Shown piece after piece: positions 1-12,863 of a stretch of 64,000 nt of DNA. The stretch's first letter is position 1. Each line of letters starts with the position of its first letter. Both the position numbers and the translations under genes were made by a program. Source of the stretch: Felis catus (lineage: Eukaryota); the NCBI RefSeq assembly GCF_018350175.1, contig NC_058371.1, positions 204,910,001 to 204,974,000 of the forward strand. The letters run 5' to 3'. The notes under the pieces were generated by a model. That model did not search any database. It was not told the DNA's origin and saw only the letters and a list, made by a program, of their open reading frames with translations.

Positions 1-246
1 CTGTCTGGACACCCGACACCAGGCAGGCCAGGTGGGCACTCTCTGCGAGACAGGGGCACCTGTGCCGTTCTCCCATGGGGAGCAAGCACCGGCAGGGGGG
101 TGGCTGGGAGGGCCCGGACTCGGTGGCCCTGGGGCCAGTGCCCTCCCCAAGGAGGATACCAACAGGAGGGGCCACAGGTGAGGACCACCACACGGTGGAC
201 ATGGGAGGCAGGGGCCAGCCTCTGCCCTGGCTCCGAGCCACTCGGG

Positions 247-286
247 CACACACACACACACACACACACGTGCACACGCACACACA
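247..286. repeat. (CA)n microsatellite, interrupted
   Basis: (CA)11 followed by cgtgcacacgcacacaca. Confidence 0.9.
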
Positions 287-3200
287 GGCCCCAGGGCGGC
301 CCCTGGGGGCTGGACCCACAGGGTCTGTGCTGGAACCGGTAGGACCCGAAGGACAGGTGGTTGCCCCAGAAACCAGGCCATTCTGGGTGCAGCAAAGGGA
401 CAGACTGACCCACCGAGCAAGGAAGATGGCGGGGGTGCCCAGTCCACCCCACCAGGAGCACAAACTAAGGTGACAGGCTGGATGGGGCCCACCGGGTCTG
501 TTCCCTTCCCTGGAATCCCCCCGGGGGGGCCTCCGGCAGACCCCCGGTTCCAGGGCTCCTCCTCTTTGCCACTCCCGGGGCACACACAAGGGCCACAGAG
601 CATCACCCTGACAGTCCCGCTGCCCCGGGGGAACCCCGTGTAAACCGCCAACAGCTGGCGGCGACCGATCCAGTGCCCAGACCCGCTGCCACAGAGCCCA
701 CCGCGGGGGCCCAGCCGGACACCCCGGTGGCTGTGTCCAGATCTCGCCAAGCCCGCCGCCCAGACTCCAAGCCGACCCCTGCCCGAACCCGCCACCCATC
801 CCCTCTCACAAAAACATCACTCGCCGAGAACCCGCATCACCACCTCCCCAGAGGGGCCTGGCCCCACCCCCAGCTGCCAAGGAACCAAGAAGGACCTTGT
901 CCACTGCGCCTCCCTCACATGCTGGCACTGGACCCACAGGACAGGGTGACAGGACCAGAGGCCCAGACCACCCAAGGGGCCCTGCCCTGTGGGCTCCAAC
1001 CCGCACGGCCTCGGAAGAGTGACAGGATGTCTCCCGTGGGCCAGAGGTTGGCCTTTGGGCAGAAGCAACGCTCCACCTACTGTGAGGGCTCAGGCATTAG
1101 AGAGCCCCACCCACCCAACAGCCCGGGCAAGCCCCAGTCAGAGAGCCCCACGCTGCCCTCCACACCCGCACTGCCCCCTCCCCCTGCCCACAGCCCGCAG
1201 CCCTCTTCTTGAGGACAGGCCAGAGGGCATGAAGCTTGGGCACGGTGGGACCCCTAGAGTCCCTGTAGGCCGCAGGGTGGGCCACCCACCTCTCAAGGAG
1301 CACACAGCATCCGGCGCCGGGTCCCAGAGCGAACCCCAAAGTCCCTGTAGGAGTGGGCGGGCCACTGCAGCAGCACAGAGGGGGGCCCAAAGTCCCTGGC
1401 CGGTGGCCCCCCTCTCCTGGGGCTCAGCCCTGTGGGGGCCAGAGGGCATCACTGCCCCGTGGGGTCCCAGGCCACAGTGCAGCACAGCTCTGTCCCCACT
1501 GCCTGCTGCCCCAGGCACCATTATTTTTTCGCAGTGCGGGGCTCGTGTGAATCTCTAACAAACTGGGGCAGGAAGAGAGCGATTGTTTCCTGCCGAGATG
1601 GCAAGCCCTGGGTGTCAGAGGCCTGAGGATGAGGCGCCCTCCTCGTCACAGCTGCCTCTGACATTGCAGGGACAGCTCCCAGAAGCCCCTACCCCATGCG
1701 GGTTCTCCCCAAGGGGGCCGGTCCTTGTGGGGCAAAGGCCTGCCAGCCCCCAGGCCTGCCCCCCGGCCACTCAGTGGAGACACGGAGTGTGGAGACCCCA
1801 GGACTCCCCACTGGGAGCAGGAAGGCCAGCGCCCTGCCCAGGTGGGAGAGCCCCCAGGCCACCCCCAGCTGCTCCCCCGGTCCTGGCCTATCCCGACAGA
1901 TGCCCCCAACCCAGCTGCGCCAACGCACCCGCGGCCCCAAGACGTCCACCCCAGCCCACGTGACCTGCCCACCTCTGCCCACACCACACCCCTGCAGGCC
2001 TTCCCCCTCCTCACCCGGCCAGTGCCCACCTCTCCTTCCAGACCGTGGTGCCTGTGCCTCACCCCCTCCCCCTCCCCCAACCTCCTCCCGGCCTTCCTGG
2101 ACTGTGGACTCCCGGCTGCCCAGGACAGTGGCCCCTGCTCTCTTGGGCCCCAGGGGGAGCCCTGCTGGACACCTGTGGGGTTTGTGCAGGAGCACCCAGT
2201 GACCACCACGAGGAAAAGCAGATGGCAGGCAGGGTGGGCCGGCAGCACCGGATGGGGCATCTCTGGGGTCTGGGCACACCCTGCTCTCCACGTGCTGGCC
2301 CTGCCAGGGCTGTAGTCACTGGGAAGGCACAGAAGGCCAGCAGGTCAGCAGCAAGGGTCCGGGCCTGCAGGGCCACCGCCTGCCTCCCCCCCCCCCCCAC
2401 ACCGTAAGCAGTGCCGGAACCCCAAGCCAGAGGCTGAGGCCACTGCCGGGAAAAACCAACATTTCCCCATGGCACTGGGCGGGGGCTGAAGGCCCATTGA
2501 TTCCCGCACAATGAAGAAGGAGCCCTCGGTAGGAGTTTCCAGGCCCAGCTAAAGGCGACTTTGTTCGCAGCTCCCTCCTCCCCCCAGAGGGGACAGTGAT
2601 TTATTTTCTCTTCCAGGAGTGGGGCCCGAGACATAAATGGGGCGGCTGGCCGACATCCCCCCTCACAGAGCCTGGGCCCCGCTCCCGTACATCTACCTCA
2701 GCTGGGGCTGCACACTGGCCAGCCGCTGCCTGGAGGGGCGGGGGGGGGGGGGGGAGGAGGAGGCCCCCTGCGGCCTGGCCGGAGGCCAAGGTCAGCCGGT
2801 GCACACGCACCACCACAGCCATCCCGAGGCCCGCACGCCATCCCGCTGAACCACACGCTGGCGGACCCTTCCCCAAACAGCCCTGAGGGTAAGAGGGCAC
2901 TGTCCTCGTGGAGAGCTGCACCGGCCGGCAGGCACCCAGGCCCTGGGGTCAGCACTCAGCTCACCCAGGGCACAGCAGCAAGGTCCAGAGGATGGGGAGT
3001 GACCTCAAGGGGTGGCTGCCTCATCCTTGGAAAAGCTCAAACGTGGCCACCCTTAAACGGTTTCTTCCAGCGCTGTTTGTGAAAAGGCACTTGGTTCTGA
3101 GCCTCTCAAGGTCCCGCTGTGAGAAACCCAAATCCTATCTTTCCTTGAATTTGGAAAAAGCTGTTTGAGACAGACCCACCAGGATTGTGAAACTTTCAGA

Positions 3201-4929
3201 AAAGGAAACTTTAAAAACACGAGCTGAGTCTAGAGACACAGTGACTCCAGAAAGCGTGACGCACGGGGAGAACGGCTTTCAGGAGCGGCCGGGCTCCCTC
3301 TGTGCTGGTCGGCCGGCCTGAAGGTCCGCCGCGCGGCCTGCTTAACCGCAAAGGAGGAAGCGCCCGGGGTGACCTTGCCCCTCAAGTCCAGGTCTGGAGG
3401 AGAGGCCAGCATGGTTCAGGGAAAGGGGCTCTCCCCAGCACCCTGCCCCCGATGCCACAGAGGACCCTGCCCTTGGAGAGTGGCTCTCAGCCCCTGCCGC
3501 TGCCTGGGCCCCGGCCGCTCCCGGACAGGGCTAGGGCCAGGGCTGGATCCCAGGCGCAGCCCCGAGGCCAAGGCTCAGGGGAACAGAGCCGGGTGTGGCC
3601 CCTCCAAGGGCCCCTTGGCACTGAGGCAGGCCCCGCTGCCCACTGCTGCCCACCATCCACCACTCCGCCTCGGGCTCCGGCCAATGGCCAGCCCAGGCCA
3701 GCGGGCTCCAGGGCTCCCCGGCTCTGTAGCCAGAGGACAGGCAGGTGTGGGAACGAGGGGAGGCCACGCAGATAAAAGAGGAATCAGAGTCCAGGCCGCC
3801 GGCCACCGTTGGGGGTGGGGGGGCCTTGCCGGGCATGACCCGAGTGCCCGCGGTGGCCAGGACGCTGGCGGGCCCAGCCACGCCTGAGCAGCCCCCACCC
3901 TCAAGCCAGCCGGCCAGTCCCCGGCCGGGCAGGCGGGGGGGTGCTGTGGCATTAGGCCCACCTGGGCTGCCGCCTGCCACCCAACACCCAAACGTGCCCA
4001 TATAAGGCCGGGTTGGGCTCGGTGTACCCGCTGGGTGGCGGGGGGAGGGGTGCGAAGCCTCAGAGGACTGGTGGACAGGGCAGGGACAATCCTGAGTGGT
4101 CAACACACCCAAAGGGCTGGCCTGGCCCAAGGTCCCGCCTAGCTGAGGGGAGGCCGGTGCGGAACATGGCGGGCAGGAGTCCGTGAACACGTATCTCCCA
4201 TCATCCAACAGCCAAGGATGTCCCTTGCTGAGCGGTTGGGTGCGGGGGCAAAGGTCCCTCGGGAGACATTCCAGGCCTGCCTTCTTGGGCGTCAGGTGTG
4301 TGAGTGCGCATCTAAGTCCTGGCACGGCACACGCCGAAAGACAGTGTGCGGCCTGAAGCAGCGGGTCCTCCGGGCCTGCCTTGAGACAGGCCCCCACCCC
4401 CCACACCATGCCGCACCTCCAAGCTCCAGAGACTCAGCGCCCCCCGGCCGGCCCACACACCCCGCACCTTCCTGGGGTGGGCAAGCTCGGGGCACAGGGC
4501 TGGGTCACAAGTCCCAGACACCAACAAGGTCGCCTCTGCCCCCAGACCGCACCCTGGCCACTACAGGGGTCTCTGCAGATTCCGCTGTGGCCAAAGAGCC
4601 TGCTCTACAAAAGTCCCCAGAGTAACCAGCTGCCCTCAACTTCAGGGACACAGATGGGTGTGTGTGTGTGTGCCCTGAGGGGGACTGAGGCCAGAGCCTA
4701 CTCAGCCAATCGGTGTGGGGCCCCACAGGTGAGCTGGGGGTGTTGGCATGCAGCCCCAAGGGTGAGCAGGGGGGGATCTGAGGGGGGAATTGGGGGACCC
4801 TACAGATGAGCTGGGGGGGGGCGGGCATGGTGAGCCGGGGATGCCCTGTGGGTGAGCTGGGGGCGCCCCATGGGCAGTGTTGGGTGGGGGACCCTGTGGG
4901 TCAGGAGACCCGCCAAGCTCTGGGCCAGT

Positions 4930-6620
4930 AGGGGCGGGGCGCAGGCACGCGCGCCAGCCGGGCACTGTGGCAGGGTTCAGGGCCGGGAGGGAAAGGGGCG
5001 GCGCTGGCGCAGGCCGGGGCGCCGGGCTGGGCGCCAGGACTCACCTCGGGCGGCGGCGGCCGGCGGGAGGGCCCCCAGCAGCAGCGGCGGCAGCAGGAGC
5101 AACAACGTGGGGCTGGGCGTCATCTTGGCCTGTGCGGACCTGGGGGTGTTGGGGGTCAGTCACTGGCAGGCGGGGTAGGGGTCGCCCCCCTCTAGACTAG
5201 GGCCCCGGGGCCGCCGGCACCCCGGTCCTGGGCCGCGGGTTCGGGGTGCGGGCCGCCCCGCCCTCCCTGCCAGCGCCCCGGGCGGAGGAAGCAGCGGCGG
5301 GGAGCTCCGTGGGTATCAAAGGCAGACAAAGGGTTTACACTAATTACCGGCCTCCCCCGCCGCCCCCCGTCTCCAAACACCGTCTGGATTCCTGGCGCTT
5401 GTAACTCGGGCCCTGCCCGCGGGACACACAACACCGGCGGCCGCGCAGATAATCGCCTGCGCCATTAGCAGACAAATTTGCTCTGGGGGGGGGGGGGCCC
5501 ACGTGGGGTGCAGGGGCGGGGGCGGGGCGCGGACAGGACCACTGGCCCCGCAGGGGCGGCGGCGGCGCGTGCCGGTGCCCCGCGGCCTCGCACCCGGGCG
5601 TCCGGCACTCCCCCAACCCCCAGCCCCGGACCAGATCGGGGACCCCGGACCCCAGTGCTCCCCAGTCGGCCCTCCCAGTCGGCCCCCCGGGGGTCACGGG
5701 CGCGCGCAGAGGCTCACCTCGGCGGGGGCGGGCGGGCAGCGGGGCTCAGGGCCGGGCCCGCGGGACGCGCTGCGCGGTCATCGCCGCCCCGGGCGCCGCA
5801 CCCCCGGCGCCCCGCGCCCCCCGGGCCCGGCCTCGGGACGGGGCGGCGCTACCTGGGCGCGGGGCGGCTCGGGCCGGGGCCGGGGCCGGGGCCGGGGGCC
5901 GGGGGCCGGGGACAGCGCGGGCGCGGGGGTGGGGTCCAGGGGCCGGAGGCCGGGGCCGGGGTCCCGGGGCGGCGGGGCGAGGGGCCCGGGGCGCCGCGCC
6001 GCGAGGCGTCCTTCCCTGCGGGGCTTTGTCAACTCTCCCGGAGCGAGCGCCGAGCCCGCCGCGCGCCCCGCCCCGACACAACTTCCGTCCAATCGGCGCG
6101 CCCCGGCTCGCCCCGCGCCCGCCCCGTGCCCGCCCCGCGCCCAAACTTTCCCCCAATCTGCGCGCGCGCGCCCCGCCCGCCGGGCTCGCGACCTTAACCC
6201 TCGCGGTGCGGGCGGCCTGCGGGCGGGGCGGGCTCCCCGGGGCGCGGCCCCGCCCCCAGCCCGAGCCCTCCGCCCGCCCCCTGCCGGCCCGACTCCGCCC
6301 AGCCCCCCCCAACCCCGCCGTCGTCCCGCCCCCGGCCCAGCCACGCCACGCCCCCCCACGCCCCGCGCGTCTCCGCCGCCCCGGCCTGGCCCCTGCCACC
6401 CCGCCCCGCCCCGGCCGGCAGCTCCCCGCCCTGTCCCGCCGCGGCGCCCACCCCTTACCTGCACCCAACCGTGTCTGCGTCAGACGCCCACTGCCGGTGC
6501 CCTGGTGGGGCCCGCGGCCAACCCTGACCCCAGGAGGCGCGAACCGGACGGCCGCGGGGCTCTCTGAGAGATTCGAGACCCGGCTCTGACCCCACGCGGC
6601 TCTGGGAGGGGGGCACAGGT
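4930..6620 (-). promoter_or_regulatory. FGFRL1: CpG island/promoter of FGFRL1 with candidate non-coding first exons
   Basis: Very high GC and CpG density, many GC boxes, CCAAT at 6089 and 6153, ETS-like ACTTCCG at 6081; minus-strand donors after 5718, 5853 and 6459. Confidence 0.8.
5045..5123 (-). CDS. FGFRL1: FGFRL1 first coding exon (signal peptide); remainder of gene lies beyond the left edge of the window
   Basis: ATG at 5123 reads MTPSPTLLLLLPPLLLGALPPAAAAR-G, matching the FGFRL1 N-terminus; 79 coding nt then GTGAGT donor; acceptor AG at 5141-5140 gives 16 nt of UTR; synteny with IDUA. Confidence 0.95.
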
Positions 6621-7105
6621 CTGGGGGATGTGGAGCTTCGAGGTTCAGCTTACCCAGCGGCCATGAGCGAAGGCAGGTATGTTCTTGCCACCCACCTGGG
6701 GGCTTCAGGCCTGTCACCCACTGTGATGGCAACAAGGACATTAACAATAACAATAGAGAACAGCGCACGACCCCCAGACCAGGCAGGGGTCTGCTGTCAC
6801 CTGAAGCAGAGGAAGAAACGCCCGCACAGAGAAGGCAGGTAATTTGTCCGAGATTTCCCAACCAGCAGTTGGCGCGTCCAGGACCGGAACCACGTGCTGT
6901 GGAGTCCAGCTTCCCTGGGGTTCTTTCTGCACACTGCCCCCCCCCGCCCGCCCCTGCCTGGCCCTACGCCACACCCTGCGCGCTCTGACCGCCACGCCTC
7001 CCCTGCCTGCACCCAGCACGTCTCTCTGACCCTTCTGCACACCGTCTCTGGCCTGTGACTGAGCCTCTGCCCCACTGTCACTTCGCTTGAATGGAGAAAT
7101 CACCA

Positions 7106-7316
7106 TTTTTCTATAAATTTTTTAAAATTTATTCGTTTATTTCTGAGTTAGAGAGAGAGAGAGCACGAGCGAGTGAGGGGCATAGAGACAGGGAGAGAGA
7201 ATGCTGAGCCTGGAGTGGACTCGAGCTCACCCAACACAGGGCTCGAACTCGTGAGCAGTGAGATCACAGCCTGAGCCGAAGGCAGATGCTCAGCCTACTG
7301 AGCTACCCAGGCGCCC
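7106..7316 (-). mobile_element. CanSINE (carnivore tRNA-derived SINE)
   Basis: Reverse complement begins gggcgcctgggtagctcagtaggctgagc, with (CT)n linker and A-rich tail. Confidence 0.85.
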
Positions 7317-8842
7317 TGAAAAATCACGGTCACGATGGTGCTCCACAGCAGCCTCTCGGTCTCCTCTGGACTTCCGTCCATGCTGTTGCATCAGGAACCC
7401 TGACTAAAGCAACCTCTATCCTCGAAGGAGTCCCCTCTTCCAGGAAGCCTTCCAGAAAAGATTGCAACTGCAGAAGGCTTGGAAACCAACATCCCCAAGG
7501 CAGAGGAGAGCTGGGTGAGGGAGTGCCAGCATCCAGGGTTTGGAGCTATCAAGGCCCACACTGCCCACCCTTCCCAAGCGAGTGAGAAGGCAGGTTCCCA
7601 AATCCTGTCTCCAGACCAGGTAGGCACTTCGTGGGTGGGTGGAGGTGAGCCCAGCCCAACCCTGTCCCGCGTGCGCCCTGAGGGGAGGCCTCAAGGGCAG
7701 ACCTGAGTAGGCTTCCGGCACTTGGACTCAGGCCCCGCAGGTGGGGAGGGAGCACGGAGAGCTGGTTCCAACCCGCCTGAGAAGGAGGGATTGGGCGGGG
7801 GGCTGGCACTGGGGGTACAGACAGGCGTTCCCAGACAAGATGGGCAGGCGGGCGGAGGGGTTCTCGGCTACTGCAAAGGCTGCCCTGGACTTCAGGAACA
7901 GGTCTGTGAGGAGACACAACCAGAGAGTGAAAGCTCCGACAGGCGTGTAGGCCACCAAAGGCAGGTGTGTGGAAAGGTGGCTGTGACGTCGGGGGAGGTC
8001 ACACACAAGGAAGTAGGCTGAAGGCGCCGCAGTCAGTGCGGGTGTGAGGGCCAAGGTGGATGCTGGGAGGGGTTACAGGCCGATGAGCAGCCCCGGGTGG
8101 GGCGGCAGTCCGGGCAGGTGGGCGAGGAGGTGTGGCCGCCCAGCGGGTACTGGTAAGGCCCCAGAGAGCTGCTCTGGGGTTCGTCCCACGGGACACGCAG
8201 GGACACGCTGCCCCCTGGCGGGGGCACAGAACATGGTGGCCCCCACTAAAGAGTACCCAGCTCTCCTTCCCAGCCTCGCCACTTCCGCACCCCCAGGCCC
8301 ACCTTTCGGGGCTCCCCAGGCAGGAGCCAGGGCTGCCTGAATGCCCAGCCCAGGCCACTTCCTCCAGGAAGCCCTCCCGCCGCCAAGCTCCCACTGCCCC
8401 TTCCTGACAGCTGCCCTGAAACACCAAACCTGTTTAAATCCTCCCCCTTTAAGACTGAGACTTAGGGCAATTGGCTAACCTCCCTGTCTCGGTCCCCCCG
8501 TCTACCATCTGGTCACACAGAGTGGCGGAGTTTCTGTCTCTCACCTGCCTGGCACAGGTGAACCCCCCCAAATATGTTGTTCTTCATAGCATCATTCAAG
8601 CATGACACAATGAGCCCTGGCCCTGTGCCAGGTTCTGTCAGGGGGCTAGAGATGTGGGGTTTTGCCAGGAGGATGAGGCCTCAGCCCTCACACACACGGC
8701 ATCGTAACAGCAGGTGTAAGGACTGAGAAATGCATCAGATGGTGGAAAGCGCTTGGCAGGGAATTGAAACCAGCTGATGTGCAGGCTTCTGCTTCTGCTC
8801 CAGATGAAGTAACAGGGACCAGATTCACATGCTCTTGCCCGA

Positions 8843-8848
<6 letters not shown>

Positions 8849-8882
<34 letters not shown>
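8849..8882. repeat. Poly(A) homopolymer, 34 nt
   Basis: Counted directly. Confidence 0.9.
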
Positions 8883-8884
<2 letters not shown>

Positions 8885-10241
8885 ACAGAAATAAATATAT
8901 GTGAAAAATAGCACCCAAAACACAGAGCATCACACAGCAAAGGATAATGATCCTTGAGAGATGGGACACAAGTGAGAAAGACTACAACCATCCCTGCTCC
9001 CCTGCTTGGAGAGGGTTTCCAGGGTTCAGTGTAGGCAGTGGGGACCCAGGCAGAGCCCCGAGGTCTCCCTCAGTTGAAGGCATGGAGTGGGGAGTCCCGG
9101 GAGGACAAGACGACCAGAGTTCACAGGGCAGAGTCCTGGAGAGGAAATAGCTGTGCAGAGAGGGAGAGATCCCCCAGAGATGCACAGAGGGTCAGCCTCC
9201 TGGCTTCAGCTGGCTGCAGGCTGGTACAAGAATTAGAAGGAAAAAACCCACCCAACTTAGAGGAAGAACCATCCAGAAGGAGGCAAGCCCATAGATGGTG
9301 GGAATAGTGTCTGTGTCTGACAGCCAGAGTTGGGAACCTCCTAATTTAAGGGGCATCAGTTAAAGTAGAAAGAAGGGTTTTGCTTCAGTAGCAGAGAAAA
9401 ATCAACCTTAGACTACATATAGTTGTGGTCCTGCCCAACAAAGCTTAAAGACAAAACCCAAAAGGGTCACACAAGCTCCAAGTAACTTAACTGCATCCCA
9501 GAAACAAATATAAGGACACTTACAGAAATATAAAACTATCCAGCACCCGAAAAGGTAGAATACACAGTGTTTGACATGCAACCAAAAATAATTAGGCATG
9601 AAAAGAGGCAAGAAATTATAACCCATAATGAGGGAGAATATCAATCAAAACTAACTCGGATGTGACAAAGATTTTAGAATTGGTAGGCGAGAACATCCTT
9701 TACGCTCCCCGTGACCATATTCCACATGTTCGAGATGCTGGAGGGAAGCCTGAATATGTTAAGGACAGATATGGACGATTTTTTTAAAGCCTCAAATTGA
9801 ACTTCTGGAAATGAAAATTACAATGTCTGAGATAAAGAATACGTTGAATGGGATTAATAGAATCTTGCACAAGAAAAAAATTGTGAGCTTGAAGTCATAG
9901 CAATAAAGCCCACCCAAATGAAACACCAAGAGAAAAGCGACTGAAAAGGAAAATGAACTAATTGTCACTGAGCCACTGGGCAACTCCACAAAGGTGAGCT
10001 ACCAGTGGAGTTGGAGTCTCAGAAGACAGGAAGTGGAAACAGGAAAGAAAATACATTTTAAGAAAATGGCCAGGTTTGTTTGTGTTTTAACAAATGTAAT
10101 GAAAAACATTAGCCCACAGTTCCCAAAGCTCAACAAAACTTAAACACAAGAAACATGAAGAAAACTACATTAAAGCTGGTACATCATTCTCAAAATGCTA
10201 AAGAACAGTTAAAAAGAGAATAGCGTAAAAGTATCCAGGGG

Positions 10242-11780
10242 AGCCAAAACAATCTTGGAAAAGAAAACCAAAGCTGGAGGCATCACAATCCCGGACTTCA
10301 AGCTGTGTTACAAAGTTGTAAGCATCAAGACAGGATGGTACTGGCACAAAAACAGATTAATGGAACAGAAGAGAGAACCCAGAAATGGACCCACAAACGT
10401 ACGGCCAACTACTCTTTGGCAAAGCAGGAAAGAACATCCAATGGAATCAAGACAGTCTCTTCAGCAAGTGGTGCTGGGAAAACTGGACAGCGACATGCAG
10501 AAGAATGAACCTGGACCGCTTTCTTACACCAGACACAAAAAGAAACTCAAAATGGATGAAAGACCTAAACGTAAGACAGGAAGCCATCAAAACCCTCGAG
10601 GAGAAAGCAGGAAAAAGCCTCTTTGATCTTGGCTGTAGCAACTTCTTACTCAACACGTCTCCAGAGGCAAGGGAAACAAAAGCAAAAATGAACTATTGGG
10701 ACCTCCTCAAAATAAAAAGCTTCTGCACAGCGAAGGAAACAATCAGCAAAACTAAAATGCAACTGACAGAATGGGAGAAGATATTTGCAAATGACATATC
10801 AGATAAATGGTTAGGATCCAAAATCTACAAAGAACTTATCAAACTCAACACCCAAAAAACAAATAACCCAGTGAAGAAATGGGCAGAAGACACGAACACA
10901 CTTCTCCAGAAGACATCCAGATGGCCAACAGACGCATGAAAAGATGCTCAACATCACTCATCATCAGGGAAATACAAATCAAAACCACAATGAGATAGCA
11001 CCTCACACCTGTCAGAATGGCTAACATTCACAACTCAGGCAACAACAGATGTTGGCGAGGATGCGGAGAAAGAGGATCTCTTTTGCGTTGTTGGTGGAAA
11101 TGCAAGCTGGTGCAGCCACTCTGGAAAACAGTATGGAGGGTCCTCAAAAAACTAAAAATAGAACTACCCGACGACCCAGCAATTGCACTACTAGGCATTT
11201 ATCCAAGGGATACAGGTGTGCCGTTTCGAAGGGACACATGCACCCCCATGTTTATAGCAGCACTATTGACAATAGCCAAAGTATGGAAAGAGCCCAAATG
11301 TCCATCGATGGATGAATGGATAAAGAAAATGTGGTGTATATATATACAACGGAGTATTACTCGGTGATCAAAAAGAATGAAATCTTGCCGTTTGCAACTA
11401 CGTGGATGGAACTGGAGGGTATTATGCTAGTGAAATTAGTCAGAGAAAGACAAAAATCATATGACTTCACTCATATGAGGACTTAAGGAGACAAAACAGA
11501 TGAACATAAGGGAAGGGGAGCAAAAATAACATAAAAACAGGGAGGGGGACAAAACAGAAGAGACTCATAAATATGGAGAACAAACTGAGGGTTACTGGAG
11601 GTGTTGTGGGTGGGGGATGGGCCAAACGGGTAAGGGGCATTAAGGAGGGCACTTGTTGGGATGAGCACTGGGTGTTATACATAGGGCATGAATTTCTGGA
11701 ATCTACTCTTGAAAGCATTGTTACACTATATGCTAACTTGGATGTAAATAAATAAATAAATAAATAAATCTTATTTTTAA
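10242..11780 (+). mobile_element. 5'-truncated young carnivore L1 (ORF2 C-terminus, 3'UTR, (AAAT)n tail)
   Basis: Frameshifted ORF2 fragments [61 protein letters not shown]; flanked by direct repeat gtatccagggga at 10231-10242 and 11785-11796. Confidence 0.93.
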
Positions 11781-11797
11781 AAAGGTATCCAGGGGAA

Positions 11798-12010
11798 TTT
11801 TTTTTTTCAACGTTTATTTATTTTTGGGACAGAGAGAGACAGAGCATGAACGGGGGAGGGGCAGAGAGAGAGGGAGACACAGAATCGGAAACAGGCTCCA
11901 GGCTCTGAGCCATCAGCCCAGAGCCCGACGCGGGGCTCGAACTCACGGACCGCGAGATCGTGACCTGGCTGAAGTCGGACGCCTAACCGACTGCGCCACC
12001 CAGGCGCCCC
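11798..12010 (-). mobile_element. Young felid SINE (SINEC_Fc-type)
   Basis: Reverse complement ggggcgcctgggtggcgcagtcggttaggcgtccgacttcagccaggtcacgatctcgcgg; TSD caggggaa(a)ttttt. Confidence 0.95.
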
Positions 12011-12285
12011 CAGGGGAAATTTTTTCATATACAGGAGCAAAGAAAAGGATGTTTTGTTGATGTCCTGTTGGGTGAACACAGTGCGTGCAGGAAGACAGTG
12101 GCGCAAGATCTTTACAATACTGAAAACAAAACCTGCCAACCTTCATTCTTTACTGTCGATAATGTCATTTGGGAACAAAGATGAAATGAGGACTTTTTCA
12201 GACACAAGGAGCTGGAAGAATTACTTACCAGCAAATCTATACTAGAAGAACTGTTAAAGGACATCCTCTGAGCAGCAGGAAGGTG

Positions 12286-12434
12286 NNNNNNNNNNNNNNN
12301 NNNNNNNNNNNNNNNNNNNNNNNNNNNNNNNNNNNNNNNNNNNNNNNNNNNNNNNNNNNNNNNNNNNNNNNNNNNNNNNNNNNNNNNNNNNNNNNNNNNN
12401 NNNNNNNNNNNNNNNNNNNNNNNNNNNNNNNNNN
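12286..12434. other. Assembly gap (149 N)
   Basis: Run of n. Confidence 1.
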
Positions 12435-12513
12435 ACCCGAGATGGTAGCTTCATGAGTAATAATAAGAAATGTTTTTCTTATCATTTAAATCTCTTTAAA
12501 AGACAATTAGCTG

Positions 12514-12612
12514 TTTATTTTTTTTTGTAGGCTCCACATCCAATGTGGGGCTTGAACTCAAGACGCTGATATGAACAGTCACGTGCTCTACTGACTGAAC
12601 CAACCAGACACC
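12514..12612 (-). mobile_element. Short old CanSINE
   Basis: tRNA-like box motif (gggcttgaactc); flanked by aat(t/c)agctgttta direct repeat. Confidence 0.65.
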
Positions 12613-12863
12613 GTGAGAATCAGCTGTTTAAAGCAAAAACAACAACAGTGTATTGCGGGGCTTCTATCATATGAAAAAGTAAAATATATGACCGCAAAAG
12701 CACAAAGTCTGGGAGGAAAAAGTGAAAATACAGTGTAACAGGGCTCTTTTACTACATAGAGACGGTATCATATCATTGACAGGAGACATTGCCAAGTTAA
12801 AACATGCGGTATAAATCCCAAAGCAGTCACTAAAATAGTTGCACCTAATAAAGCAACAAAGGA

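Noticed and set aside
4725-4900. Recurrent ggtgagctggggg motifs resembling splice donors
   Set aside because: Degenerate G-rich repeat on the non-coding strand of FGFRL1; no upstream exon evident
5478-6861. Long Pro/Gly/Arg/Ala-rich ORFs (228-371 aa) on both strands
   Set aside because: CpG-island artefacts lacking stop codons; low complexity
10255-11367. L1 ORF2-like ORFs as a functional gene
   Set aside because: 5'-truncated, frameshifted, with in-frame stops
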